Source: Octopus bimaculoides (taxonomy: Eukaryota). Taken from it: 40,201 nucleotides of DNA. Where the stretch lies: the NCBI RefSeq assembly GCF_001194135.2, contig NC_068988.1:68540191-68580391 (forward strand), in the 5' to 3' direction. The notes beneath the pieces were generated by a model. It saw only the letters and a list, made by a program, of their open reading frames with translations, made no database searches and was not told the origin of the DNA. The translations under genes and the position numbers were made by a program. This document shows, piece after piece, positions 12,073 through 24,566 of this stretch. Numbering within the stretch: the first letter of the stretch is position 1; each line of letters starts with the position of its first letter.

Positions 12073-12816
12073 GACCCCCCACCCACACACACACACTATC
12101 TCTCTAATATAAACACACGCATTGTTTTTGTAATATAAACACATGCACACACACCAGGATTGACTATCAAAAAACCACCCGGTGGGCGGTCTTTCTGATA
12201 CTATATATATATGTACAAATATATTACTGATGTGTAGGAACGTTAAAGGTGCCCAATACCCGTTTGTTCTCTTCAGTTTGGTTGTTATTTAAATCTGGCG
12301 TCTCGGAAACGAAGTGTCATAGCGAAAATCAATGTTGGCTATAATTTCTATAAGAAATCTTTTAAAGATAGTCTTAACAAGTACATATATATATGCTGTA
12401 TATATATGCTTTTACTTGTGTGTGTGTGTGTGTGTATACGTATGGATCAATACATCTACACACAGAGAGACCATGGGAAAGAGGTAGACCTGTGTGTGTA
12501 CTTGCTTCATTGTATGTGTAATCTTTTATCTGTTTTTTGACACGATTGATATTTGATCCAAAGCTATAGAAACCTGATATGTGTGAAGAACTATTCTAGT
12601 TTGTCTAATCTACTTACTTGAGTCCTCGTCATTCTTCATTATAAATTTTGGCAAGAATCTATATGGGTATATGGGCATAAAGTGTATTATATTTGAGTGA
12701 AAATTTATATGCGTATATATATGTGTGTGTGTGTGTGTGTGTATGTGTGTGTGTGTGCGTGCGTGTGTGTATGTGTGTGTGTGTGAGTGCGTGTGTGTGT
12801 GTGTATGTATTATCTA

Positions 12817-12853
<37 letters not shown>

Positions 12854-13382
12854 NNNNNNNNNNNNNNNNNNNNNNNNNNNNNNNNNNNNNNNNNNNNNNN
12901 NNNNNNNNNNNNNNNNNNNNNNNNNNNNNNNNNNNNNNNNNNNNNNNNNNNNNNNNNNNNNNNNNNNNNNNNNNNNNNNNNNNNNNNNNNNNNNNNNNNN
13001 NNNNNNNNNNNNNNNNNNNNNNNNNNNNNNNNNNNNNNNNNNNNNNNNNNNNNNNNNNNNNNNNNNNNNNNNNNNNNNNNNNNNNNNNNNNNNNNNNNNN
13101 NNNNNNNNNNNNNNNNNNNNNNNNNNNNNNNNNNNNNNNNNNNNNNNNNNNNNNNNNNNNNNNNNNNNNNNNNNNNNNNNNNNNNNNNNNNNNNNNNNNN
13201 NNNNNNNNNNNNNNNNNNNNNNNNNNNNNNNNNNNNNNNNNNNNNNNNNNNNNNNNNNNNNNNNNNNNNNNNNNNNNNNNNNNNNNNNNNNNNNNNNNNN
13301 NNNNNNNNNNNNNNNNNNNNNNNNNNNNNNNNNNNNNNNNNNNNNNNNNNNNNNNNNNNNNNNNNNNNNNNNNNNNNNNATA

Positions 13383-13416
<34 letters not shown>

Positions 13417-13504
13417 AAAGCGTGTGTGTGCTTAGAAAATTGGTTAGAAAATTGGAATTATTTGAAATACTGGAATGTGAAAGTATTTTGATTTGGTCCT
13501 TTTC

Positions 13505-13610
13505 TAATCAAATGGCTCATAATAATAAGCATTGGGTTCGATTCTGAGACCGGTTAGCGTGTTGAGTTATTGAGCAAGACATTTCGAGTTGCTTCAGTCT
13601 ACTAAACCGA
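13505..13610 (+). mobile_element. Degenerate CORE-like SINE fragment (family D)
   Basis: gggttcgattctgagaccgg...gtgttgagttattgagcaagaca...gcttcagtctact resembles the copy at 27556-27937. Confidence 0.5.
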
Positions 13611-14343
13611 AAAGTTACTACCAAGAAACTGCTGTTGCACTCTTCACTTCCTCCAAAGGTCATATCCCTCATGAGGTAGTGGATAAAACGTGAGAGTGCT
13701 TCCAGCGTATCTCGTAACAAGCAAAACACCTAAAACAATTATTGACGCATGGCACAAGGTACGAAAAATACTCGCTTGACTGTGTTTACCTGTGTAATGC
13801 AAAAGCGGAAACTAGAATAAGAAAACTAAAAATTGCATCTGTACATGTCACATGACCAGCACATTTGAGTCTAGTCGTTAAATCTATATCAGCGAATTCA
13901 GTATTTGACGAGTTGTAGTTTCATCAATCTCGAAAGTATCGAAAGTTGAGGCCCCACAGCACTTGAGGTGGAACCTAAAGAACCGGAAGAAAAAGCAGAA
14001 GACATTTTTTTGTATATGGCTTTATGTATGTTTCGAGTAAGAGGGGGAATGTCGGAACACATACACCGTGCTCTTCCGTTTTCAAGTACCACCATGATGA
14101 TGGCTGCTCGTTGCTAAATACAAGAACAGATACTAAATACATCATAGGTGCATCACATTTTCCATCTACTTTTCAGTACGCTTCGTACATTCATCTAACT
14201 ACCTGAAACACTGCTCTCCAGAGGGTTTTGCGTTCGCTAATAGCAAACTGCTGAAATATACATTTCAGCCTATACATACATACATACATACATACATACA
14301 TACATACATACCTGTATGTATTATGTATATGCGTGTATGTGTG

Positions 14344-14422
<79 letters not shown>

Positions 14423-14481
14423 NNNNNNNNNNNNNNNNNNNNNNNNNNNNNNNNNNNNNNNNNNNNNNNNNNNNNNNNNNN

Positions 14482-14531
<50 letters not shown>

Positions 14532-15785
14532 CATGTCCAGTTTTGAGACGGCATCTGCAGAGTAATTTTGCTACATATTAAAGATTTTCTGATATATTCT
14601 CAACGTAGCGCAAATGAAATAACTCTGTGGTTACCTAATTTTAATGAAACAATAGAGTAAACACAAATATTCTCAAACTACGTAAAAGAATATGTTTTTT
14701 ATTGAAAGCAACCGAATAGAGCAGTAGAATGCGAGAGAGAGAGGGGGGAGAGAAAGAGAGCTACAGAGAGAGACTTATGTCAATGAAAAAAAAATTAGTT
14801 TTGTGATTGAAGTGTGTCTTTGCATCTTGAATAGAAAATGAAACTAGAAAAAACAATTTTGATAAAAACTACATTAAAATTGGTGATTATAAGAATTTTC
14901 TAGACCCTTTAGAGTTTAATAATTGCTTTCATTAAGTTAAAAGTTACATAATTACAACTATTTAATAGGTAGCTTTCTTTATTATAATATACTAATTGTT
15001 TATTATCAAAATAAAAATACAATTCTTATATAACCTCGAATAATATGAATGTTTTTTAACTCCTTTAGGTGCATGATATTTCATCTGATGCTTTCCCTTT
15101 TGACACAATTCAGTACGTTGTTTTCTCAGTCGTGCTTCCGAAGTTTCTCACTGTAACTCTATATTCCGGTCCATCAATTCCAGATTTTCTTATTGTTAAT
15201 ATACACACACACACTCAGACACGCACACTCAGACACACACACAAACACACACACACACACAAACACACACACAATCACTGACTCAAATACACACACGCAC
15301 AATAGGAAAAACTTAAGCGCATGTACACTAAAAGATCCCTTAACACAAAGATAATTTGTAGTTAAATAGATGGAATAATGTCTCCCTGCAATCCTCTATC
15401 AACAATAAAGAATAATGCAAGCCACAGTGGATCCCTTCTGTGTAGCAATACGGCCGACATTTTCATGTTATATCTTACCATTCAAAGCATATACAAGTTT
15501 ACTGTAAATGTATTATATCTGAAAAAAAGCCAAAAGAAATGGCCTTGGCTTCAATCTGCCCCCAAGTGTGAAATGGAATTAAACCACAGAAAAATAAATA
15601 CATTTATATGGAAGATGATGATAATAGTACTTGATAATATAGACATATTTCCTGAAATTTGGGGTAGAAGTTGTCGATGATATTAACCCAAACGTTTGAA
15701 TGTGTGGGTTTTGAAACTCAGAACGTAATGAGCCGAAAGAATCCGTAAAGAATATTCACCAATGCTTTAACGAGTCTAACAGCAA

Positions 15786-15864
15786 CATCATCATCATCAT
15801 CATCATCATCAGCGGCAGCAGCAGTAGCAGCAGCAGTTGAAGCAACAGCAGTAGCAGCAGCAGC

Positions 15865-15914
<50 letters not shown>
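15786..15914 (+). repeat. Compound (CAT)n(CAG)n(TAG)n microsatellite
   Basis: Seen directly. Confidence 0.95.
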
Positions 15915-15915
<1 letters not shown>

Positions 15916-16900
15916 TTCTTTATTGACCTCAAGACCAAAAACATTTTGGACATTACAAAGTCAGATGACAATGGGAATTTATATGAACACGTATAATGAA
16001 TAAAAAACAATAAAAATGTTAAAGTAAAGTATAATTAAAATACCCCGATATTAGGGAAACATTCAGCAGGGGTACGGACCTAAAACAATCCAAGTCATAA
16101 CCCTTGTTCCGGGGTAATTTCTCAACAACACCACTGCACTACTAAACCACAGCTTGCAGGATAGGGAATTCTCTTGTTCTGATAACTCTGGCAGTAAATA
16201 CTTGCTAAGAAGTCAAAAAGACCCGACTAGTATATGAACATAGTGCAGACCATCCAGGTCTGATAACTTACCCATACAACTAAACAACGCTTCCTGAAAC
16301 CATCGACTATTATCGGCCTTTCGCAGAACTGCGCCAACCCCGTTGAAATTCGTTGCTAACCGTCGAGGTCGGCGGTAAAGTTCACATGCATTTCCGATAC
16401 AAAACTGTCCACGAACGTTTGAACAAGGTACTGCTGAAAAACTGCACGTTCGTCCCGGTCAATCAAAGAATTGTGACTTCATTTTCACTTTGCACTTCTG
16501 CCAGCAGGTCCGATTGAAAAGCGTTCGATTCTTCATCTCTTACAGCACGCGTACTGTCTCTGATAAAACAACATACACAATTCGAATCGACAAATTTTTC
16601 GCTACATAACGGTATTATGTATGCAGGCTGTATCGAGAGAAAATGCAGCCATTTAAATGTCTTCCATTAACGTGGAGTTCACAATCACGAGTGACTGCAC
16701 AATGTATGGTGAGAAGGGTGAAATATTGCGGCACATTGTTAGTGAATCAGTACCCAACAACCAAGCAGGCTTAGAAACACTTGAACGAATATAAAGATAG
16801 AACACCTACAAAAACATTACTTGGAACTGCCTGGGTACTCTTCAGGGTTCTTGATCAGTAAATAATGGTCGCCTTAGTCTGATGGTTGTAGACAGCTGAC
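15915..16900 (-). mobile_element. Probable 3' LINE relic, clade unresolved
   Basis: The minus strand ends in AATAAA-gaaa followed by a (CTA)n tail, and GC content is higher than the flanks. No clean protein motif was recovered. Confidence 0.3.
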
Positions 16901-16948
16901 ACTTTCCACCATACTCAGAGAAATAAGCTGAGATTCTGATGATGATGG

Positions 16949-16982
<34 letters not shown>

Positions 16983-18133
16983 AATCTGAGTTCCATGAGT
17001 GAAGAAGTATTTGAATATGTCGAATGTAATTTAATCAACGTAAGTGTTCTGACATGGCTGACAAGTCAATTAGAATATTAAAGTTGGCTAGATACGATTG
17101 GTTAATTTCAACGCAGAATTTATTAATTTTCAAACAGAAGTGGTAGACCTCAAATATGATAAGCTACAACATACAACGGAGCAATCCATAAGTTTAGATA
17201 ATCCTTATGTCTGGAGTGAGAAGAAACATTTGATGGATCAAAGCCCTCACTTCAAATGAGATTTTTTTTTTCAATAACTGAGGTAATTCACTGTATAATG
17301 CTTGCCAAAGTAGAGCATCATCAGAATGTTTTACACGCAGTTTTATAGTTGCCTTCAGTTATAAATATTTTTTATCATTTAAAATATAATAATCATACTA
17401 GGAGTAATGATGAGTTGATTTGACATGCGAATGAAACGGAATAATGTTTTATCTATCACATGATAAAAGGGAAAGCTGAAATGACTGACAAAGGAGAAGT
17501 AAAGTGACGTAAAAAAGGACATGTGGCAATGCAGCAACTCATCAAAACCCTTTCTCGCCACTATAGAATAAATTTTTCTCAGATATTTCGCTTTAAATTG
17601 ATTATTTACGACAGGCAAAACGTGGAAACTTCTTCAAGTTTTGCCAAGATGAATGCAAATGTAAATAAAATGCTAAATATTAGAAATTTGGAATATATTT
17701 AGGCAACTTTGTGACATATGTAAATATTTTCACTAATATTCAGTTCCAATCACTTATGAGTTTAAACGTCAAGTAATCTGATTTACATACAGGAAACATA
17801 TGGCTGGAATAAATGAGATCTTGATATTTAACAATCTCAGCTTTTATGAATATATATCTCGATTATGTAGAAGCACAAATATTTGTAAAGAAAATTGCGT
17901 TAAAGAGGTAAGGGAGAAAGTCCCGGGGTTATCGGATTCTATGTACTGATATTTGTCTATGTACAGCAAGTTATATTAATTTAGGTTCTGAAGAAAGGTT
18001 AACCGTACACATGTACTTGAATATGCGCTTTAATTGAATTGAAACACTAACACTTGTGAATTGCTTGAGTAAGTTAATACATTTTATACACTCTTATGAA
18101 TTAACATATTGAGAAAAACCCGCAAAACACATC

Positions 18134-18174
<41 letters not shown>

Positions 18175-18451
18175 NNNNNNNNNNNNNNNNNNNNNNNNNN
18201 NNNNNNNNNNNNNNNNNNNNNNNNNNNNNNNNNNNNNNNNNNNNNNNNNNNNNNNNNNNNNNNNNNNNNNNNNNNNNNNNNNNNNNNNNNNNNNNNNNNN
18301 NNNNATATGTGGGAACAGGACGACCCGAAACTTGCACAACAAAAAGATACGAACCACAAATACATGAAATATTCTTTCGAACAACGAAAAACACAAATGG
18401 AAAACGAAACAAACAACATAAAGAACGACCCTTCATCAGTTATTGGCTGTT

Positions 18452-19016
18452 TACCTTGTCTGTTTAATTTCGATAACGGATCAGTCTCTTTCTGCGCAAA
18501 TACTCCACCTTAATTTTTTTCTCCATCATTTCTTTCTCCATCAATGTATCCATTTCTAAATCCCCAAAGATTTATAGCCTGCCTCTTCTATCTGCTTCAT
18601 AACCTCCCCCAACGGTATGGCCAGCCCGTCCATAAATTTGATTTTGCCTCGCTTCAAGACTAACACGCCCCAGTTTTTCAGTCCGAACTCCATTATGATA
18701 TCAGAACTGTATGTATACACTTTATCAACGAGGGAACTGACTTGAGATTCATCTTTACCATAAAGTTTGAGGTCATCCATGTATAGTAAGTGGTTGGCAT
18801 TTTGCTAGCGGCTCTTGAATACATGCCCAACCTTTTCTTTCCTCAGAATCAGTGTTACTGGTATCAAGCACAGTACAAAGCTCAGTGGGAACAGGCAGTA
18901 CCCAATTTCTAATGTCCCTAAACTTCTTCCATATGCTGTCACTTCCGTCCTACACTTCGTCGTGCTTTTTCAAAGCAATCGCTCAACATTCGATGCAATA
19001 CAAACTAGGTTCATAA
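18452..19016 (-). mobile_element. R4/Dong-like reverse-transcriptase fragment (copy 4)
   Basis: ...FPLSFVLCLIPVTLILRKEKVGHVF...NHLLYMDDLKLYGKDESQVSSLV...MEFGLKNWGVLVLKRGK...YKSLGI...EYLRR: YMDD catalytic motif in an R4-clade context, with stops and frameshifts. Confidence 0.88.
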
Positions 19017-19234
19017 GGCAGTGAGCTGGGAGAGTCGTTAGCACACCGAGAAAAATGCTGAGCGGCATTTCGTCTGTCTTTATGTTATGAGTTCAAATTC
19101 TGCCGAAGTCGACTTTGCCTTTCATCCTTTCGGGTTCGATAAATAAAATACCAGTTGTGTGCTGAGGTCGATCTAATCGACTGGCCCACGCTCACCCAAA
19201 ATTTCGGGCCTTGTGTCTACAGTAGAAAAGAATA
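19017..19234 (+). mobile_element. tRNA-derived SINE (family A)
   Basis: Head ggcagtgagctgggagagtcgttagc, B-box gagttcaaattc, core gtcgactttgcctttcatcctttcggg..gataaa; several homologs in the window. Confidence 0.85.
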
Positions 19235-19413
19235 CCAACTAGATTCACGCATTCCATAATCCAAGTATGCGGGATCATATCGCATGCCTTTCGATAATCG
19301 ATCCATGACATGGTTAAGTTAATTTTCCTCCTCATGCAGTCTCTAGGTACAGTTTTGTCTACCAGGGGTTGATCCTTAGTACCTCTGCACTTACGCTTGT
19401 AACCTTTCTGCTA

Positions 19414-19455
<42 letters not shown>
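19414..19455 (+). repeat. (ATT)n microsatellite
   Basis: Seen directly. Confidence 0.95.
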
Positions 19456-19612
19456 GCCTTTGAACAGCTTCTAGCGGATATGTACTACGGTGTCAGTCTG
19501 TTTACGTTTGTTTTAGGGCGTAGTGCCCCATGTAGCATCATCAACTTTCTCGTCCTTCTATTCAGTGTTGATATTTCCTACTTAGTCCATCTGAGGATGG
19601 ACGCTCTGATAT
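19456..19612 (-). mobile_element. R4/Dong-like post-RT fragment (copy 5) abutting (TAA)n
   Basis: ASILRWTK*EISTLNRRTRKLMMLHGALRPKTNVNRL matches the R4-clade WT..E...DR.TRK.M..H..LHP...V.RL motif. Confidence 0.75.
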
Positions 19613-19694
19613 CATCATTATCATAATCATCATCATTAGCAGCAGCAGCAGTAGCAGAAGCAGCAGCAGCAGAAGCAGCAGCAGCAGTAACAGC

Positions 19695-19725
<31 letters not shown>

Positions 19726-19903
19726 TGTGAGATTGGTCGTTTATAGAATTTTCTCATTAATTATTTTCAGTCACTTATAANNNNNNNNNNNNNNNNNNNN
19801 NNNNNNNNNNNNNNNNNNNNNNNNNNNNNNNNNNNNNNNNNNNNNNNNNNNNNNNNNNNNNNNNNNNNNNNNNNNNNNNNNNNNNNNNNNNNNNNNNNNN
19901 NNN

Positions 19904-19957
<54 letters not shown>

Positions 19958-20634
19958 ATTACGGCGAAAGATTTAATTTGAAACCCACTTAAGTTGTCTT
20001 TGTTGCTTATCAATCATTGCCGCTCTGCGTTCTGCTTGCTCCGAAGGAAAGCGGCGCTCAGTGTTCCGTCTTCTGAGGGTTAAATCTATTGAGAACCAAA
20101 ATAAATGAAAGTTTTTCAGTACTGGAATGTTTTTTTCTATAACTGTCTGATAGAAAGCTTTCACTCTGTAAGCTGAATTTCTCTCGTGCTGCGCATCAAG
20201 AAAGTGTTGATTTATGATCATATCTTGAGTTCGTGAGATCGTTTTGAACAGACAGGTGATTCTTGATGAGTAGTTAACAATATGTATATCAGACATATTG
20301 TCTAACATGCCGACAAAATAATCCAGAATACATATGGCTTTAGTAAATCTGTGCAAAATTGTACAAACTAAACCGTTTTCAAACTGACATTGATATTTTA
20401 ATCGTTATAGAAATAATCTGATAGCGTTTTGAAAGTAGATCGCCACAAGTCATTTTTATCATTAAGAGCATCAAATAACTTAATCTCATATGATACAAGC
20501 AGTTCAATAAAGTCATTTACGAATCAGTACCGGAATCAAATTCAGTATCAGTAGCTAGATAGGAGATTCTATGATCAGAATTCAAATCATACTGATGTTA
20601 AGATTACCTTTCATCACTCCTGTAATAGTTACAA

Positions 20635-20840
20635 ATTTTGGCAAAAAGGCTAGCAAATACGGGTGAGGGGGTATTTCGATTACATGAACCCCAGTACTCA
20701 AATGGTACTTATTTTATTGACCCCCAAAAGGATGAAAGGTAAAGCCGACCTTAGTATAATTTGAACTTACAACGTAAAAACGGACGAAATACCGCTTAGC
20801 GTCTTGCCCGGCGCTCTAACAATTCAGCCAGCTCGCTGCC
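20635..20840 (-). mobile_element. tRNA-derived SINE (family A)
   Basis: The reverse complement aligns with 19017-19234 throughout. Confidence 0.85.
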
Positions 20841-23524
20841 ATACTCATGTCTTCTATATTGATAAAATAACTACCAGGCTGATACTGGAGAAATTAGCTA
20901 ACGATGACCATCCCTCTCAAGTACAATTATTCTACGCACCTAACTCAAATATCGTAGTCTTGTGACTATTCTAGAAATCGTTATAATAGCTAATAGGACG
21001 ATAAACGTCAATGTTTGATATAAAGTGACTCAGTTTAGATGATAAATATTTAAGATGTTCGATCAGCTGAAGCACTTAGTCATTGAATTAGGTTTGAGTA
21101 TTTCTCAGCCGTGTACTCTTAATTCATGTCATCATAGTCAATCCTGTACAGTGTGTGACAGTGTTGATCCATTCAATTAGGTGTACAGCCCGCGCAACAG
21201 GCTTCTTCACTTATGCGCTTACATAATTTCGTTCAAATGAGGTCAAGGTCATGATACAAAACCAAGATACGACACAACTGATTTTAATACTGAACGCTAT
21301 TATTACGAAGCGTAGTCCGTAACAATTCATCCGCGCCTATATCTATTGGGTTATTGTGGCAGAAATTTTACCACGATGAATAAAATAAACTGTTATAATT
21401 TAAATCGTTTTATATTGATTGTCCAAATCTCATGGAGTCATCTTCAAGAAGTCGATAAAATAAATGCCAGTCAGTTAACGAAGCCGGTTTTAATCAAACA
21501 CATTTAAAGCAAAGCTAGAATTTTATCAATTGGCCAATACTATATATATTTGTAAAAATTAAAGCAAGCATCATTTCCCTTATTGCTCAACAGAAAGACC
21601 AATTATTTTTTTACTCCCGGAACAAATTCATTTCTCTTAATTTGAGATTATTCAAGCTTAAAACCAATTTTCATGCTTAAGTAATTAATTGCTGTTCAAT
21701 AGGTTTTCTTTCGTGAACTAATACTAAATTTTCATTCCAATTGCCTTATTGGGAGATTTATTTTTATGTAGAGATTTTCTTCTTTCTCATCATGCTTTAG
21801 TCATAGTTTTGTGTGTCTGTTGGTGTGTATGTGTGAATGAGTGCGCACGAACTTATACACACGCACAGACACACACAGATAAACTCATACACACATATGT
21901 GCATATGCATGTAAACACACGTGTGTTTGCATATACACATTTATGCACACATACATATAAACATACATTCACGTATACATACATACATGCATGCATACAC
22001 ACTCACGCATATATATATATATATATATATATATANNNNNNNNNNNNNNNNNNNNNNNNNNNNNNNNNNNNNNNNNNNNNNNNNNNNNNNNNNNNNNNNN
22101 NNNNNNNATATATATGTATGTATGTAGGTATGTACGTATGTATGTTTGTATCTATGTATACAAATATATATAGGCAGACACGAATAGGCAAGTATACATA
22201 GAAAGAAGCTGTGACGAGAAAAACAGTAAAATACTTCAAGTCAATTCACATACATCGTTATGTTAATTAATAGTGAGAATCTTCGATTTCTTTTATTGTA
22301 GAATATTCTTTCCTGAAGTTATTCGAATTAACTAAATAGAAGCAACCAGCGTTTTACAACTATTCCAATAAATATCTGACACTCAAATTTTCTTATATTT
22401 ATTTAGCACTGTTATTATTTGTTGGTATTATTCTTGTTGTTATCATTGATGGTGATAGATTTCTTGTTCATTTTATTGTAGTTAATCTTGATTTTAACGT
22501 TGATGTATACTGTATGTTGATGTATGCAGCATGTTGATGTCAGTTCCGATCTGACAGACATTGTGAATATTGACTAAGTCCTCCTTCACCCGGCTTTAAA
22601 TATCTAGAGCATCATTATCCAATGTATTCCTCTTTTTAGAACGGTAGGCTGTCATTTCAGGATGATAAGATATAATAGAGATGTTCTTATTTTCTCTTGA
22701 AGACGTGTGCTTGTCTTTCTGACCGTATTTGCTTTTGTCATGTGATACGATATATTATCTGTTTGGTGTATCAACGCGTTGTCTCCGCTGTCTTTGCTTT
22801 ATATAATTTTACACTCATCTCTCCAAAACATGACGTTGAAATTTCAGGATGATTGTGCTGTTAATTCTTGCATATTGAGCTACCACGTATACATCGATCT
22901 TTGTTATTGCCGTTGCTACTGTCATTATTTAGCACTAAGTGTAGATCAAGAAACATTCAAGACTAATTCTTCTAAAGTAGTGGAGTGCGATCTAGAAAAG
23001 ACTTGCCAGCTATTTCTAACAGGTCACTCCACGATGTAAGAAGCACGTATCTCTGGTTTAAATATATCATAGGTTCACTTAACTAAGGACCAAACTCCGA
23101 CCGACAGCAAGACGTATTTAGCAACGTGATGCATAGCGCAGGCAATCTGGGTCACGCTCTGCTTACTGCTAACCGAGATTATTTGACCTGCTTATAATAA
23201 GCTCCAAATCTCATTCAAATTTGAAAATTTCCCCTTAAAGTTATATGTACCCCACCGATATATATACATGTGTATGTGTCTGTCTGTGTGTATGTGTGTC
23301 TGTCTGTGCATGCATGTGTGTATGTATATGCATATATATATATATATATATANNNNNNNNNNNNNNNNNNNNNNNNNNNNNNNNNNNNNNNNNNNNNNNN
23401 NNNNNNNNNNNNNNNNNNNNNNNNNNNNNNNNNNNNNNNNNNNNNNNNNNNNNNNNNNNNNNNNNNNNNNNNNNNNNNNNNNNATATGTATGTATAATGA
23501 TCCGTAATAGACAATTCAAAAAAA

Positions 23525-23760
23525 GGAATAGCCCCGACAGGGTGTGGTGGCCAACCCTGCTGTACTCTTTCACTACAACTTTCTCTCACTCTTTCTTCCT
23601 GTTTCTGTTGTACCTGTATTTCAAAAGGGCCAGTCTTGTCACACACTGAATCTCCCCGAGAACTACGTTAAGCGTACACGTGTCTGTGGATTGCTCAGCC
23701 ACTTATACGTTAATTTCAGGAGTAGGATGTTCCGTTGATCGAATCAACGGGGTGCCACGA
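23525..23760 (+). mobile_element. 5'-truncated SINE family C copy
   Basis: High identity to about 10500-10730 (aaccctgctgtactctttcac...ctgtgga.tgctcagccactt). Confidence 0.85.
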
Positions 23761-23879
23761 TATAAAAAAAAAAGATTTATAACTGTGTGTGTGACATGAA
23801 TAATATTTTTAGGATTAAATAAAAAGACACCAAACGGAAAATATGACATACTTGTATATGTAAAAAAAAACATGTAGTA

Positions 23880-24358
23880 AATAAATATACGAACCTTTAC
23901 TAAATACACAGACGAACAGAAAACACAGAAAGTCACCAACTCCTCTTCAGTTATCGGCCACGGTGTCAAGCGCAATCTCGGTCATTATGGATAATATTGA
24001 TTCCGCTCTGGAGGCACCGGCAACAAACTTACCGGGAATGAGACCAAAACATAGCAAAACGAGACGAGCTCCTTTAGTAAACGGACGAAGGACAACACAA
24101 TAAACAATAAAGGCTTTGGGCCACACGAAGACAACAGTTAAAATGATAACGACACATATACAACAACAAACCCTTCGGGCTGCAAGACAAGACAAAAATG
24201 GGTAACGCGAAGGAAAAATGAAAATTTGTCCTGAAGGACTATAGAGGGGTAGAGCTCAGAGCTCAGAAAATCGGGACTAGTCCGGTCGAAAGCAACGCGA
24301 AAAAGAATGACAACGCCTTAGGCCGTCACGGATCACGTGATTGTGGGAGGAGGGCAAT
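23880..24358 (-). repeat. Unclassified dispersed repeat, Penelope-like suspected
   Basis: Shares gcc(a/g)ataactga(t/a)ga(a/g)g plus a T-rich downstream segment with 18305-18460. The family assignment is only a guess. Confidence 0.3.
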
Positions 24359-24504
24359 ATATATANNNNNNNNNNNNNNNNNNNNNNNNNNNNNNNNNNN
24401 NNNNNNNNNNNNNNNNNNNNNNNNNNNNNNNNNNNNNNNNNNNNNNNNNNNNNNNNNNNNNNNNNNNNNNNNNNNNNNNNNNNNNNNNNNNNNNNNNNNN
24501 NNNN

Positions 24505-24566
<62 letters not shown>

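Noticed and set aside
12165-12200. Hairpin resembling a bacterial intrinsic terminator (aaaaaaccaccc-ggt-gggcggtctttc)
   Set aside because: The stem is imperfect, it is embedded in eukaryotic microsatellite DNA, and there is no bacterial gene nearby.
16933-17039. Poly-Asp exon-like frame ending at a GTAAGT donor (DSDDDG...NLSSMSEEVFEYVECNLIN)
   Set aside because: The acidic run is a (GAT)n tract, there is an in-frame stop just upstream, and the acceptor has no pyrimidine tract.
21210-21340. Minus-strand peptide CVVSWFCIMTLTSFERNY resembling GPCR TM3
   Set aside because: The motif is ERN rather than E/DRY, the frame is only about 40 codons, and no other TM segments were found.
24231-24292. 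ctgaagga...ggactagtccggtcgaaa hammerhead-like arrangement
   Set aside because: The box is CTGAAGG rather than CUGANGA, and the stem does not abut GAAA.
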